The notes under the pieces were generated by a model. The model ran no database searches. It worked only from the letters and a program-made list of their open reading frames with translations, and was not told the origin of the DNA. Shown here piece by piece: positions 14,298 through 24,488 of a DNA stretch of 64,000 nucleotides. Within the stretch, counting starts at the first letter, position 1; every line of letters begins with the position of its first letter. A program made the translations under genes and the position numbers. Source of the stretch: an uncultured Candidatus Saccharibacteria bacterium (lineage in GTDB: Bacteria > Patescibacteriota > Saccharimonadia > Saccharimonadales > UBA10212); NCBI GenBank assembly GCA_964483315.1, contig CAZAAL010000001.1, positions 122,850-186,849 of the forward strand, given 5' to 3'.

Positions 14298-15656
14298 ATG
14301 ATCAGCAACTTACTTGGCGTCTTGAAATCGGTTGATAACCATAAAAAAATGTTATTTACCTTGGCGATCTTACTACCTCTAGAATATATACCTAGTTTTG
14401 AAGTTTACGGCCTTAGGCTGAGACTAAGTTTTTTTGTGGGTGGGCTAATTATAGTATCGGCAATAATTGTTCGCTTTAGCAGGGCAAAAAAATTCAACTT
14501 TTCACTTTCGGAGTGGCTCATTGTTGCGTGGCTTATCTGGCTAATGATTCGCGCTATAGGTGCTGATGATAAAAAGGCAATGCTAAACGTCGTTCTACCT
14601 TTAATGTTTTATGTGCTGTTGGCATTGTCGATAAAAATTATAATAAAAAAAGATTATATAAAGTCTGTACTAAAGGGGCTATTTATTGGCGCTGGTTTAG
14701 CGATTAGCTTTGGATTTTATCAGTTTTTGGCAAATTGGCTTGGTGTTTCACATTGGCTTACGGGCTTAAGGCCTCAATATTCCTGGGAGAGCTTTGGATT
14801 CCCACGGCTTCAAAGCACTGCGCTGGAGCCGCTATACTTTAGTGCCTATTTGCTTTTGCCGTTTGCAATACTGCTTAGCTTTATGGTTCGTTCAAACGAT
14901 TACAGAAAGCCAATCTACCTAGTTTTACTATTTTCGATATTGGTTGCCGATATATTGACACTTTCTAGGGGCGGATTAGTAGCGCTAGTAGTCGAGCTAA
15001 TGGTTATTGGGATTTTTTATATAAGCAGGATAAATGTAAAAAGCCTTATATATATTATTTGTAGTTTTATCGGTGTGGTTATAATTGTTTTTGGTTTAAT
15101 ATCACTAACTGCTAGGCAGGGGCGTGACAGTGATGTCACTTACGGACAAAAAGGTGTAAATACATTGGTATCACACCTTAAAAACTTTAGTTTTTTTGCC
15201 AACAGCAATAATAAAGCCAATGATGACTCTGTCGGACAACGTGATCGGGCAAGAGTCCAGGCTAAAACCACAATAACTGACAATAAAATGGTATTGTTCT
15301 TTGGCGTCGGGCCCGGTCAATATCAAAATTATAACCAAACAAAATATAAGAATCCTGATTTGGGCGAACCAAATAATTTGGTGTTAGAACAAACTGTTCA
15401 GTTTGGTCTAGTTGGAGTGGTATTGTTTTTCATAGCTGGCCTTTCAATGCTTATCGGCTTATTTAATAAGGTAAAAAATAAAAGCTGGCAAATATCAGCG
15501 CTTTGTATAGGGCTGATTGCATATTTTATTGCTTTATTTTTACAGGCACAGACTTTTACCGGCCTGGCATTAACACACTTATGGTTTGCTGTTGGTTTGG
15601 CGTTGTTTTTGGTACAATACCAATCAGAAAAAGCGAACAAAAATGAAAAAACTTAA
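14298..15656 (+). CDS. O-antigen ligase/polymerase (Wzy_C) family membrane protein
   Basis: Many TMs; RLQSTALEP, LTLSRGG, GVGPG, PNNL. Confidence 0.8.
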   Translation: MISNLLGVLKSVDNHKKMLFTLAILLPLEYIPSFEVYGLRLRLSFFVGGLIIVSAIIVRFSRAKKFNFSLSEWLIVAWLIWLMIRAIGADDKKAMLNVVLPLMFYVLLALSIKIIIKKDYIKSVLKGLFIGAGLAISFGFYQFLANWLGVSHWLTGLRPQYSWESFGFPRLQSTALEPLYFSAYLLLPFAILLSFMVRSNDYRKPIYLVLLFSILVADILTLSRGGLVALVVELMVIGIFYISRINVKSLIYIICSFIGVVIIVFGLISLTARQGRDSDVTYGQKGVNTLVSHLKNFSFFANSNNKANDDSVGQRDRARVQAKTTITDNKMVLFFGVGPGQYQNYNQTKYKNPDLGEPNNLVLEQTVQFGLVGVVLFFIAGLSMLIGLFNKVKNKSWQISALCIGLIAYFIALFLQAQTFTGLALTHLWFAVGLALFLVQYQSEKANKNEKT

Positions 15657-16092
15657 AAAAGGCCAGAAGCTAGAACTAATCAGAATAATCGAATATATGG
15701 TTAGTGGTGGTGCATATTTTTGGAGCGGGTATCTGTTTTTTGCCTTGGCTGATCAAGTATTTGGCTGGAGCCTTTGGTGGGCAAAATTATCAGCAAATCT
15801 CGTCGGCTGGACAGTTAACTTTATTCTTCAAAGGTACTGGGTATTTAAAAATCCACATCTTAAAGGTCATCTTGGTGATGTAACCACTAGGTATATTATT
15901 CTTACATTATTTAACTTTGTACTCGATTACTTTATTGTATATGGTTTGGTTAAAGTTGGTATTTCGCCATACATTGGCCAATTTATTTCGGCGGGATTCT
16001 TCACAGTTTGGAACTATGTTTGGTACAAGCTGTGGGTCTTTCCGCACCGTTTTCATCCAAAACATAAAGGTAAAATTAGGGCTAGACGATAA
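15643..16092 (+). CDS. GtrA-like protein
   Basis: Four TMs, NFILQRYWVF and WNY..YKLWVF; the ATG at 15643 is preferred over the longer ORF. Confidence 0.8.
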   Translation: MKKLKKGQKLELIRIIEYMVSGGAYFWSGYLFFALADQVFGWSLWWAKLSANLVGWTVNFILQRYWVFKNPHLKGHLGDVTTRYIILTLFNFVLDYFIVYGLVKVGISPYIGQFISAGFFTVWNYVWYKLWVFPHRFHPKHKGKIRARR

Positions 16093-16578
16093 ATGGATAC
16101 GCAAACTACCATACGACCAACCAAAAAACAGCGGGAGATCCTTACATTCATCGAGGAGTTTATAGCTGAGCACGGATATAGCCCGAGCTATAGAGAGATT
16201 GTGACCGGCACAGATCATAACTCGGTTGCTACAGTCGCTGTCCATATAAATAACTTAATTAAGCGTGGGCATTTAACTAAACGTGATAACTCTGCAAGAT
16301 CACTTGAGGTAACCAGCACAAGTCAGGATGCTGGCTCAAAAGTTTTTGTAAAACAACTAAATGAGACTCAAACAAAATGGTTGGTCGATAAAGTGGATGC
16401 ATTTTTTAAAGAAGCCGAACTAAGTACGCATTTAAGCAATGAGCAAATTGATAAACTATATGTGTTGCTTGGCGCACTGAAGGTCTTAGGATTAGAAGGA
16501 GCAGCTAGCTCATTTATGCCAAGGTTGAGCCAACTAAAGAATAATATGGAAAAATCTAAAGGGGGGTTATATGCCTAA
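16093..16578 (+). CDS. LexA-type DNA-binding domain protein without a peptidase domain
   Basis: PTKKQREILTFI...GYSPSYREI...SVATVAVHINNL..RG...ARSLEV; helical C-terminus with no Ala-Gly site or Ser-Lys dyad visible. Confidence 0.8.
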   Translation: MDTQTTIRPTKKQREILTFIEEFIAEHGYSPSYREIVTGTDHNSVATVAVHINNLIKRGHLTKRDNSARSLEVTSTSQDAGSKVFVKQLNETQTKWLVDKVDAFFKEAELSTHLSNEQIDKLYVLLGALKVLGLEGAASSFMPRLSQLKNNMEKSKGGLYA

Positions 16579-17584
16579 AGTTACCAAATCACAAAAAGGC
16601 ATTGGGTTTATAGGAATCTTTTTGGCTATTGTGGTTTTTGGGCTGTTTGTTGTCACGGGTTACTATGTCTACAACCAGCAAAATCTAAAAGATGAATCTC
16701 AAGATACTACCAGCCAGCTTAAAAAAGCTGAGTTTGCCTTGCTGGTGGTTGGAGATATCGCCTGTGACCCTAATAATCCAAACTTTAATCAAGGTGATGG
16801 TAAAAATGGGGAATGTCGACATAAGGAAGTTGCCGAACTTATGGCTAAGCAAGATTCAGACTACATATTACTACCGGGCGATATTCAGTATAACGACGGC
16901 AGGCTTGAAGCCTTTGAGCAAAGCTTTATACCAACGTATAAACAATTTGGTCCTAAGTTAATTGTTGCAGCCGGTAACCATGACTGGCAAACGGGGAGTA
17001 TAGAAGGCTATAAAAATGCCTTTGAAAAATATATACCTAATGCCAAGGCTGTAGTGGATGGTAAAACCTATTACTCAACTAGTGTTGGGGATTGGAACAT
17101 CTATGTCTTAGACAGCGACTGTGAGTTGGTGGGTGGCTGTAATGTGGGTTCAAAGCAATATGAGTGGTTTAAAGCCGAGCTCGCAAAAGATGAAGCAAAA
17201 TGTTCAATCGCCATGTGGCATCATCCGATATTCACATCTGGTCTTCACAGAGCCGATGATCAGTCAAAGCTACCAGTTGATTTATACGAACTAGCAGATA
17301 CCGGCGGAGTGGACGTTGTGTTAGTTGGACATGATCACAACTATGAAAGATTCGCTAAACAAGATGTGGGGTCAAACGCCTCTGAACAATCGCCACGTTC
17401 GTTTGTGGTTGGAACAGGGGGAGCCAAATTACGTGAGCTTACACAACCATTTGCTAAAGGACATGAGGCGGGATTTTCTGAGCACGGTTTCTTAAAGCTC
17501 AATTTAACTCAGCAGGCTTATAATTGGCAGTTTGTAAATTTGTCGGGTGAATCATTAGACTCAGGTTCTGATAAATGCTACTAA
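16571..17584 (+). CDS. Exported calcineurin-like metallophosphoesterase
   Basis: GDIA, GDIQY, GNHD, HHP, GHDHNYER. Confidence 0.9.
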   Translation: MPKVTKSQKGIGFIGIFLAIVVFGLFVVTGYYVYNQQNLKDESQDTTSQLKKAEFALLVVGDIACDPNNPNFNQGDGKNGECRHKEVAELMAKQDSDYILLPGDIQYNDGRLEAFEQSFIPTYKQFGPKLIVAAGNHDWQTGSIEGYKNAFEKYIPNAKAVVDGKTYYSTSVGDWNIYVLDSDCELVGGCNVGSKQYEWFKAELAKDEAKCSIAMWHHPIFTSGLHRADDQSKLPVDLYELADTGGVDVVLVGHDHNYERFAKQDVGSNASEQSPRSFVVGTGGAKLRELTQPFAKGHEAGFSEHGFLKLNLTQQAYNWQFVNLSGESLDSGSDKCY

Positions 17585-18531
17585 ACGTAGCCTTTGCTCG
17601 ATATATGCCTAAAAGCTAAATAGCCTGGCAAAATCGGGATCCAGAACGATATAATCCTAAAAAGTAATACCGCCGAAAGCGCTAGCTCGTTATTTACACC
17701 TGAGTTTGTTAAAACAAATGTCATGGCAACTTCTGTTGCGCCTAAGCCATTAGGTGTGGGGCTAATGGCAATGGCGGCCACACCAGCCGTAAAGGCTACA
17801 ATTATTATAGATAATTCTAAATCTAAACCAACGGCTTTGGTGCACAACCCAAAGGCTAGTATGCCGCAAACTGTTATTCCCATACTTGCAAGCATTCCGA
17901 AAAATAACCTATGAGGCTTACTGAGTAATTTGGCCAAGGATTTCCAGGCGTCCTTTAAGGCTTTTTTTAGCTTGTGATGCCTTGATGGCAAAAGTCTAAT
18001 TATTAAGTAAGTTATACTTACACCCATACCGATTGCTAACGAAAAAAGCACAAATCCAGAAAGTGGCGGGGCCGATTCGGAGTTCGACCAACCAACCAAC
18101 AATAGCAACCAAAAAAGAACGTTGTAGCCAATAAATCCAAGTAAATTATTAGCGGTTGCTATTGTTGCTGAGTTAGTTTTACTTAATTTAGCCGTTCGCC
18201 AAAGGTATAGAGTGTTAATCCCTAAATTCCCAAGGCCAGCGGGGGTAATTTTATTAGCAAAGCCACTCGCAATCTGAACCACTATAGTCCTAATTATTTT
18301 TAATCTGCCTGGAACCAAAAATATGTAGACCCAACTGGCAAAAAGATAGGTAAGCATAAAAATTGCTAGCGCTAATCCAAATAATCGCCAATCAACATTC
18401 TTAAAAGAGTAATTACCGGTAAAAAGTCTAATAAGCTGAGGCGTTAGAATAATTAGCGAAATAAAAACAACAGCTAACTGAACCGGCTTACGGTTTAGGC
18501 TAAAAGTTTTTTTATGTGTTTTGGTTTTCAT
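17581..18531 (-). CDS. Lysylphosphatidylglycerol synthase TM-domain (UPF0104) flippase-like protein
   Basis: NKITPAGLG, PTPNGLGATE, LLFRIISFW. Confidence 0.8.
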   Translation of the reverse strand: MKTKTHKKTFSLNRKPVQLAVVFISLIILTPQLIRLFTGNYSFKNVDWRLFGLALAIFMLTYLFASWVYIFLVPGRLKIIRTIVVQIASGFANKITPAGLGNLGINTLYLWRTAKLSKTNSATIATANNLLGFIGYNVLFWLLLLVGWSNSESAPPLSGFVLFSLAIGMGVSITYLIIRLLPSRHHKLKKALKDAWKSLAKLLSKPHRLFFGMLASMGITVCGILAFGLCTKAVGLDLELSIIIVAFTAGVAAIAISPTPNGLGATEVAMTFVLTNSGVNNELALSAVLLFRIISFWIPILPGYLAFRHISSKGYV

Positions 18532-18618
18532 AATTACTTATTTGTCAGTAAAGTATACTTTAAATAGTATCTAAATTTTTGGTTAAATAATATAGGTAAA
18601 ATAAAAAAGCAAATAATA

Positions 18619-18647
18619 TTGACATATATCACCAAGTATTATAAAAT
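18619..18647 (+). promoter_or_regulatory. Sigma70-type promoter
   Basis: TTGACA-17 bp-TAAAAT upstream of the ORF at 18672. Confidence 0.65.
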
Positions 18648-18671
18648 ATATATTAATTCTTAGGTGGAACT

Positions 18672-19775
18672 ATGAAGCAAGAACAAATCACCAATTTATT
18701 TTCTAGAATGTTGACGCTTAGGCACTTATTTTTTGCGTTGCTTGTAATATCTGCGCTAGTTATATCTTCGATTATTACTTTTAACATAAGACAACAAGAT
18801 GCTAATTCATCGCCTGTAATTTTAACAAGTGAGACTGATTTATTAACAAAAAGTCTGAGTGTTAACACCGATGAATCATACAGCGATGATTGGCGAGGTA
18901 GGCTGTATGCTCCAACTTACGTCAAAAAACTAAACGATAAGTGGTTTATTGTTGACTGTTGGCACAACCGAGTAATTTGGTCAGACGATTTATTTAAGCC
19001 TATTGCACAATGGAACACTTTAGATGGCGATCTGGCTGGACCGCACAGCATTGAATACGCCGAAGGCTATTATGTGGTCGAAGACACAAATCGGCACGCT
19101 GTAAATTTTTATACATTTAATTCAGAGTCAAACAACTTTTCAAAAATCCAAAGCCTAGAGTTAGGTGCAAGACCACATCGGATCCACTATGTCGGCACAA
19201 ACAACAGCTTTTATGTTTTATCATCCGAATCGCAAGATATGCATCGGATACAAATGAAAAACGGACAAGCAACCATTGTTGACGTGCAAAAACTTGGATT
19301 TTTAGAAGGCCAATACACAAGGTCTTTTACGATTGTTGGTAACGAGATGCTCTTTGTATCAGGCCCTAAAAAAGTAATTAAAACTACGTACCTGGGGGAC
19401 AGCTACAATGTTACAGCCAGTTATAATGTCCCAGAAGATTTTAATGGCATGAATGATATTTATTACACTGGTAAAAAGTATATTTTAACCGCTACTTTAC
19501 CCAATGCAATTACAATAGTTGATAGTCTAGAGCAAATACCAAACGCCAAAAACCAAGCCGAAAACCTAGGCTTTAAGGGTCGACCTTACTATGTGTCTAA
19601 AGTTGGTAACGCTCTAATTATTCCAGAGATTGCTGAATTTGCTTCAATTAAATTATTTAGCGTATCTGCAAATGGTGATATTAACCCCTACACAACAATT
19701 CATAAATTTGGCGAAGCTAACGATGCCTCAAAATCAGAAGCTTTCAGGATCCCGCGCGAATCTTACCAAAATTAA
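18672..19775 (+). CDS. Membrane-anchored beta-propeller (NHL-like) protein
   Basis: TM anchor; repeated P+ motifs (APTY, GPHSI, RPHRI, RPYY) and VDCWHNRV. Confidence 0.6.
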   Translation: MKQEQITNLFSRMLTLRHLFFALLVISALVISSIITFNIRQQDANSSPVILTSETDLLTKSLSVNTDESYSDDWRGRLYAPTYVKKLNDKWFIVDCWHNRVIWSDDLFKPIAQWNTLDGDLAGPHSIEYAEGYYVVEDTNRHAVNFYTFNSESNNFSKIQSLELGARPHRIHYVGTNNSFYVLSSESQDMHRIQMKNGQATIVDVQKLGFLEGQYTRSFTIVGNEMLFVSGPKKVIKTTYLGDSYNVTASYNVPEDFNGMNDIYYTGKKYILTATLPNAITIVDSLEQIPNAKNQAENLGFKGRPYYVSKVGNALIIPEIAEFASIKLFSVSANGDINPYTTIHKFGEANDASKSEAFRIPRESYQN

Positions 19776-20631
19776 TTTTTCTATCTTTTACCAGCTTAAA
19801 TATATAAATTGTTAGTGCATAGGCAAAAACTGCATAAAATGCACCAAGTATCTCGTCGATGGCATAATGTTCGCCTTGATATACCGTGCCAAAATAAATC
19901 GAAAATGGGTACACCAATGAGACCAATCCCCATCGCCATCTAAACAAAACAAACACCCAAATACTGAACAAAGTAGCAAAACCAGCATGTAAACTCGGTA
20001 CCGCAGCTACTGGGTTAGGTGATATTTTGCTATAAACTGATGGAAAATCTTCGATTCCAAGCGCAAACCATACATCACTGGATATGCGGGTTATAGGTTC
20101 GATTTTACCTAGATCTGATGCCATCCACGGTGGCGCAGCCGGAAAAGCCAGGTAAGTTAAGAATCCTGCGAAGCAAAGTATCAGAAAACTAGTAATATAT
20201 CGCCAATATAATTTTTCACGGTACTTCCAGATTAATAGTGCCAAAGACACTGGCAGAACAAAGTGAAGCACATAAAAACTATATAAGAAAAAATCATACC
20301 ACTGCACCTGCCCGTTCCACAGAGCCTTTTGCAAATTAGTTGTAGGTAAAGTCCCGCCAAACATCCACCTATCAACATCAACCATCCACATAAACTCAAC
20401 TCGGGTATTTAGTTTATCGGCAAATCCTCTAAACATTTCATATACAAGTAATAAACCAACAAACGGAGCAAGTCTTTTAATTAGCTCTAAACCTTTGCCA
20501 AAAATTAAGAATATAAAAAATAAAAATATGAGCAGTTTATCAGGCGTGGGGAAGCTGGGCGAATTTATAAAGATAATAAGACCAGTAAAAGTTCCCAAGA
20601 CGCCAATGATTCGATAGATTTTTATAGGCAT
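19744..20631 (-). CDS. PAP2-superfamily (AUR1/IPT1-like) lipid phosphotransferase
   Basis: PAAPPW, PSLHAG, HYAID; multiple TMs. Confidence 0.85.
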   Translation of the reverse strand: MPIKIYRIIGVLGTFTGLIIFINSPSFPTPDKLLIFLFFIFLIFGKGLELIKRLAPFVGLLLVYEMFRGFADKLNTRVEFMWMVDVDRWMFGGTLPTTNLQKALWNGQVQWYDFFLYSFYVLHFVLPVSLALLIWKYREKLYWRYITSFLILCFAGFLTYLAFPAAPPWMASDLGKIEPITRISSDVWFALGIEDFPSVYSKISPNPVAAVPSLHAGFATLFSIWVFVLFRWRWGLVSLVYPFSIYFGTVYQGEHYAIDEILGAFYAVFAYALTIYIFKLVKDRKINFGKIRAGS

Positions 20632-20717
20632 TACTTAAGCTTAATCCTAACAAATTAAGTGCTATGCATGCAAAAATGATATGATTATTTAGAGCAAAAA
20701 ACTTAAGAGGTAGTTTA

Positions 20718-21917
20718 ATGTTACAAACCGCGCAAGAACTAATTAGGCGGACAGCTATTAAGTCTGGCCTTACAGATAAGCAAATTGACGAACTTATAAA
20801 GGTAGACAAGATTCACGAGTTTGACATCGAGCTTAAAAACGGCAAAAAATACAAAGCTTACAGAGTCCAGCACAACAATAAACTTGGCCCCTACAAAGGT
20901 GGTATCAGGTTTCACCACGATGTAAATCTTGAAGAGACTCGAGCACTTGCAACACTAATGAGCTTAAAAACTTCGGCGGTTGGTTTACCGCTTGGCGGTG
21001 GCAAAGGTGGAGTGGCAGTTAACCCAAAAGATTTATCAGAAGATGAACTCGAAGAGCTAAGCAGAAAGTATTCAAAAGCCTTAAAAGAGCACATCGGTCC
21101 AGACAAGGACGTTCCAGCACCGGATGTAAACACAGATTCTAAAATAATAGACTGGATGGTTGACGAGTTTGAGCACGAGACGGGTGATAAATCAAAAGCT
21201 TCATTTACTGGCAAATCGATAGCTAATGGTGGTAGCTTAGGCAGAGAATCAGCTACTGGCAGAGGAGGAGTCTACGCCTTTGATAAACTATTACAGCTCG
21301 AGGGTAATACTAATAAAAACCTAACATATGCCGTACAAGGCTTTGGCAACGTCGGTTCATTTTTTAGTTTGATTGAGTTCGAACAGAATCCTAGTTGGAA
21401 AATGTTGTCTGCTACTGATTCTAGTGGAGGTATTTACGATGTTGCAGGGTTAAACCCTGCGGAGATTGATAATTATAAGCGTCTGGGTGGTCGATTAGCG
21501 GATTATAAAAATGGTCAAACAATATCTAATGACGAGTTAATCGGATTGGAGGTTGACGTTTTAATACTGGCAGCGCTTGGTGATGCAGTAAACGAATCTA
21601 ATTATAAAAACATTAAAGCAAAGTATATTATCGAACTTGCTAATGGCCCAGTTAGCGAAAAAGCCCATGACGAACTAACTAAAAATGACGTGATAATTTT
21701 ACCCGACATAATTGCTAATTCCGGGGGTGTAATTGTTAGTTATCTAGAGTGGCTCCAAAATAAAAACGACGAAAAGTGGGACGAGACAAAAGTTAATCAC
21801 AAGCTAAAAGAATATATTGATCAGTCAGTTAAGTCGACTTATGATCTTGTTCAAAAAGAAAATTTAAGCCTAAAAGAGGCATCATTTACACTAGCCATTA
21901 AAAGACTAGTAAAATAG
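20718..21917 (+). CDS. gdhA: Glu/Leu/Phe/Val dehydrogenase (glutamate dehydrogenase)
   Basis: GPYKGGIRF, GGGKGG, VPAPDV, GFGNVG, ELANGP, SYLEW. Confidence 0.92.
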   Translation: MLQTAQELIRRTAIKSGLTDKQIDELIKVDKIHEFDIELKNGKKYKAYRVQHNNKLGPYKGGIRFHHDVNLEETRALATLMSLKTSAVGLPLGGGKGGVAVNPKDLSEDELEELSRKYSKALKEHIGPDKDVPAPDVNTDSKIIDWMVDEFEHETGDKSKASFTGKSIANGGSLGRESATGRGGVYAFDKLLQLEGNTNKNLTYAVQGFGNVGSFFSLIEFEQNPSWKMLSATDSSGGIYDVAGLNPAEIDNYKRLGGRLADYKNGQTISNDELIGLEVDVLILAALGDAVNESNYKNIKAKYIIELANGPVSEKAHDELTKNDVIILPDIIANSGGVIVSYLEWLQNKNDEKWDETKVNHKLKEYIDQSVKSTYDLVQKENLSLKEASFTLAIKRLVK

Positions 21918-21997
21918 AAGTATGAATCCCGTTATAAGTAAGTATTTTAAATATAAAATCTGCCAATTCTTTGGCAGAGAATTGGACTTGTAACGGT

Positions 21998-22621
21998 ATG
22001 AATATTGCAGTCATTGGCGCCAACGGTCGGAGTGGTCAGATCTTTGTACAAACTGCTTTGGATGCTGGACACAATGTTAGAGCAGGTATTAGATTTAACA
22101 GCCCATTTGGCAACCATCCTAATTTATCGGTAATGACCTGTGACTCAACCGTACAACAAGACGTAGAGCGACTAATTCGCGATCAAGATGCGGTCGTAAG
22201 CCTAATTGGTCATGTTAAAGGTTCAGATCCTGATGTTCAAGCAAAATCGACAAAGGTTATTCTAGAGGCCATGGAGGCCGAGCAAGTAAGTCGGTTGGTT
22301 AGTTTAACTGGCACAGGAGTCAGACAGCCAGGCGATAAAATTACATTAATTGATAAAGTTCTTAATTTTGCTGTTAGCTTGGCGGATAAAAATCGGGTAC
22401 AAGATGGCATAGACCATGCAGAACTTATAAAAAATAGTCAGGTTGACTGGACAATCATTAGGGTTTTAAAATTATCAAACTCAAAAGCAAAGCCTTTTAA
22501 ATTAACGAATAACGGCCCGGCTAAAAACAGTACATCTAGGCAAGAGGTTGCCAGAGCGATCTTAGAAGTTTTAGAACAAGGTTCTTTTGTTGGTAACATG
22601 CCAATAATGTCAAAAGCCTAA
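21998..22621 (+). CDS. NAD(P)H-binding oxidoreductase (atypical SDR / flavin reductase-like)
   Basis: MNIAVIGANGRSG, DWTIIR; ATG at 21998 chosen as start. Confidence 0.8.
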   Translation: MNIAVIGANGRSGQIFVQTALDAGHNVRAGIRFNSPFGNHPNLSVMTCDSTVQQDVERLIRDQDAVVSLIGHVKGSDPDVQAKSTKVILEAMEAEQVSRLVSLTGTGVRQPGDKITLIDKVLNFAVSLADKNRVQDGIDHAELIKNSQVDWTIIRVLKLSNSKAKPFKLTNNGPAKNSTSRQEVARAILEVLEQGSFVGNMPIMSKA

Positions 22622-22689
22622 AATTAGTACTTATCTCTTTTATCAATTTAGCTTATACTAATAAACATTAGATTTAAGGGAGAGGTAAA

Positions 22690-23229
22690 ATGTTATCATT
22701 TTTTGGTCAATATACTTACGAGTATAACGTAGAGACTACTGACACAGGCGGGTTGCTAGCCGTAGGTGGCACATTGTTTGTAGTTTATTTAGTAATTTTG
22801 GTTCTTGCCATTGTTGCTATGTGGAAGCTTTTTGTAAAAGCTGGCGAACCTGGCTGGAAGGCTTTGATCCCGATTTATAACTATTGGACTTTGTGCGAGA
22901 TTGTTGGGCGCCCGGGCTGGTGGTCACTGCTGTTCTTGCCAGCGATGTTATTATTCTTTATACCTTTGATTAATTTCTTGGCGTGGCTGGTCTTGGTTGC
23001 AGTTAGCGTGGTTGTGATGTTAGATCTTGGCCGAGCGTTTAAAAAGACGACTACCTTTTCGGTTGTTGGTCTGATTCTATTTTCGTTAGTTGGTCTTTTA
23101 ATTCTTGGGTTTGGTAAAGACAAATATCATGGTCCAGATCCAGTTAAGCTTGGTAGTCTTGATCCAAAGTACACCTTAAAAGATGGTGGCGCTAAGACAT
23201 CTTCGAGTAAATCATCCAAAGAATCTTAA
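22690..23229 (+). CDS. DUF5684-like membrane protein
   Basis: WKLFVKAGEPGWKALIPIYN. Confidence 0.75.
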   Translation: MLSFFGQYTYEYNVETTDTGGLLAVGGTLFVVYLVILVLAIVAMWKLFVKAGEPGWKALIPIYNYWTLCEIVGRPGWWSLLFLPAMLLFFIPLINFLAWLVLVAVSVVVMLDLGRAFKKTTTFSVVGLILFSLVGLLILGFGKDKYHGPDPVKLGSLDPKYTLKDGGAKTSSSKSSKES

Positions 23230-24488
23230 TTAGAACTGCACAGTAGCTCTAAATAAGCAGTTGAGCCAAATGGTATCTTTTGGGGTAGTTTAGATTTGGT
23301 ATCGTGGGCATTTGCGAATGTAACTGTAAAATTTCCATAACGACCGTTTACATCATCCATCATCTTGGTTAAATCTTCCTCTTTATTCAACTCCTCAAAG
23401 AGGCTGGCTTGACCCCTTATAGATGGCTCGAGCCCATAGCACGTTACGCCCATCTCTTTAACGACTAGTCCAGGACGCTTTTTAAACAGTAAAAGGGCGC
23501 GCCTAAATATATCTTTGTCTGTATATACGCTGGTTTTAAACTTTTTACGAGCGTACCAAAAATCACCGCTACTAAACCGGGCGTAAACATACATGCCCCT
23601 TGCCGATACGTTTTTGTATCTAAGTTTCATGGCTGTTGAGTAGCTTAAATGAGCGAGTCGCTCGTAGATTTGCTCGTCGCTTGGGTTATATATGTCGAGC
23701 ACAAACTGCCTGCCTATTGATCCAAGCTTAGTTGGGTTGCCGTCTACCTCCCATCCACGAAGGCGTTGGTGCCAATCTAGCCCAACAACACTTTTAAAAA
23801 CACTATGCTTTAAAAGATTGGGGTTGGCGTCTAAAAACATCAAAGGAGTATGGATGCCGTAAGCTTTTAGCCTTGCTTCGTAGTGGTCGGCAATCCCGGG
23901 CAAATCGGTTAATTTTAGACTGCCTAAAACGTCTCTTAAATTGCTATGGGTTGTGACATCTAAACCGTCGGGCTTGTGCAGCCCGGCGGATACTTTAGCT
24001 AAAAATCGGTTAGTGGCTATACCTACGTTGCAAGTCACCCAACAGCCAACTTCGTATTTAAGTCGATCTTTTATTTCGTAGCCAATAGTTGTTAAAGTTT
24101 TTTGGTTTACCCAGCCTAGTGTGCCGTTAAAATCAATCACTCCTTCATCTATACTTTTCATGGTTATCTCGGGTGAGTAGCTTTTTAAAATAGCCAAAAG
24201 TTTTTGGTAAACATAGTGGTATTTTGGCGGGTCGGTTTCTAGCATTATAAGATTAGGCGCTAACTCCTTGGCGTCTTGCCAGGCCATTCCGGTTTTTATG
24301 CCTAAAGCTTTTGCCTCGTACGACGCAGCAATAATAATTGAACTTTTAACCAAGCGATTTGTGACTGCAATTGGTTTACCCCTTAGGTGTGGGCGGGCCT
24401 GTTGTTCAACGGTCGCAAAGCACGAATTCAAATCGATATGCATTATATTGGGCTCGGCTTTATTTAGGCTGTAATTAAGGTCGTTCAT
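23226..24488 (-). CDS. dinB: Y-family DNA polymerase IV
   Basis: HIDLNSCFA, AASYEAK, SIDE, NRFLAK, KPDGL. Confidence 0.92.
   Translation of the reverse strand: MNDLNYSLNKAEPNIMHIDLNSCFATVEQQARPHLRGKPIAVTNRLVKSSIIIAASYEAKALGIKTGMAWQDAKELAPNLIMLETDPPKYHYVYQKLLAILKSYSPEITMKSIDEGVIDFNGTLGWVNQKTLTTIGYEIKDRLKYEVGCWVTCNVGIATNRFLAKVSAGLHKPDGLDVTTHSNLRDVLGSLKLTDLPGIADHYEARLKAYGIHTPLMFLDANPNLLKHSVFKSVVGLDWHQRLRGWEVDGNPTKLGSIGRQFVLDIYNPSDEQIYERLAHLSYSTAMKLRYKNVSARGMYVYARFSSGDFWYARKKFKTSVYTDKDIFRRALLLFKKRPGLVVKEMGVTCYGLEPSIRGQASLFEELNKEEDLTKMMDDVNGRYGNFTVTFANAHDTKSKLPQKIPFGSTAYLELLCSSN

Noticed and set aside
15586-15642. Extended N-terminus of the GtrA-like ORF
   Set aside because: Overlaps the ligase gene extensively; the ATG at 15643 gives a typical 149-aa protein
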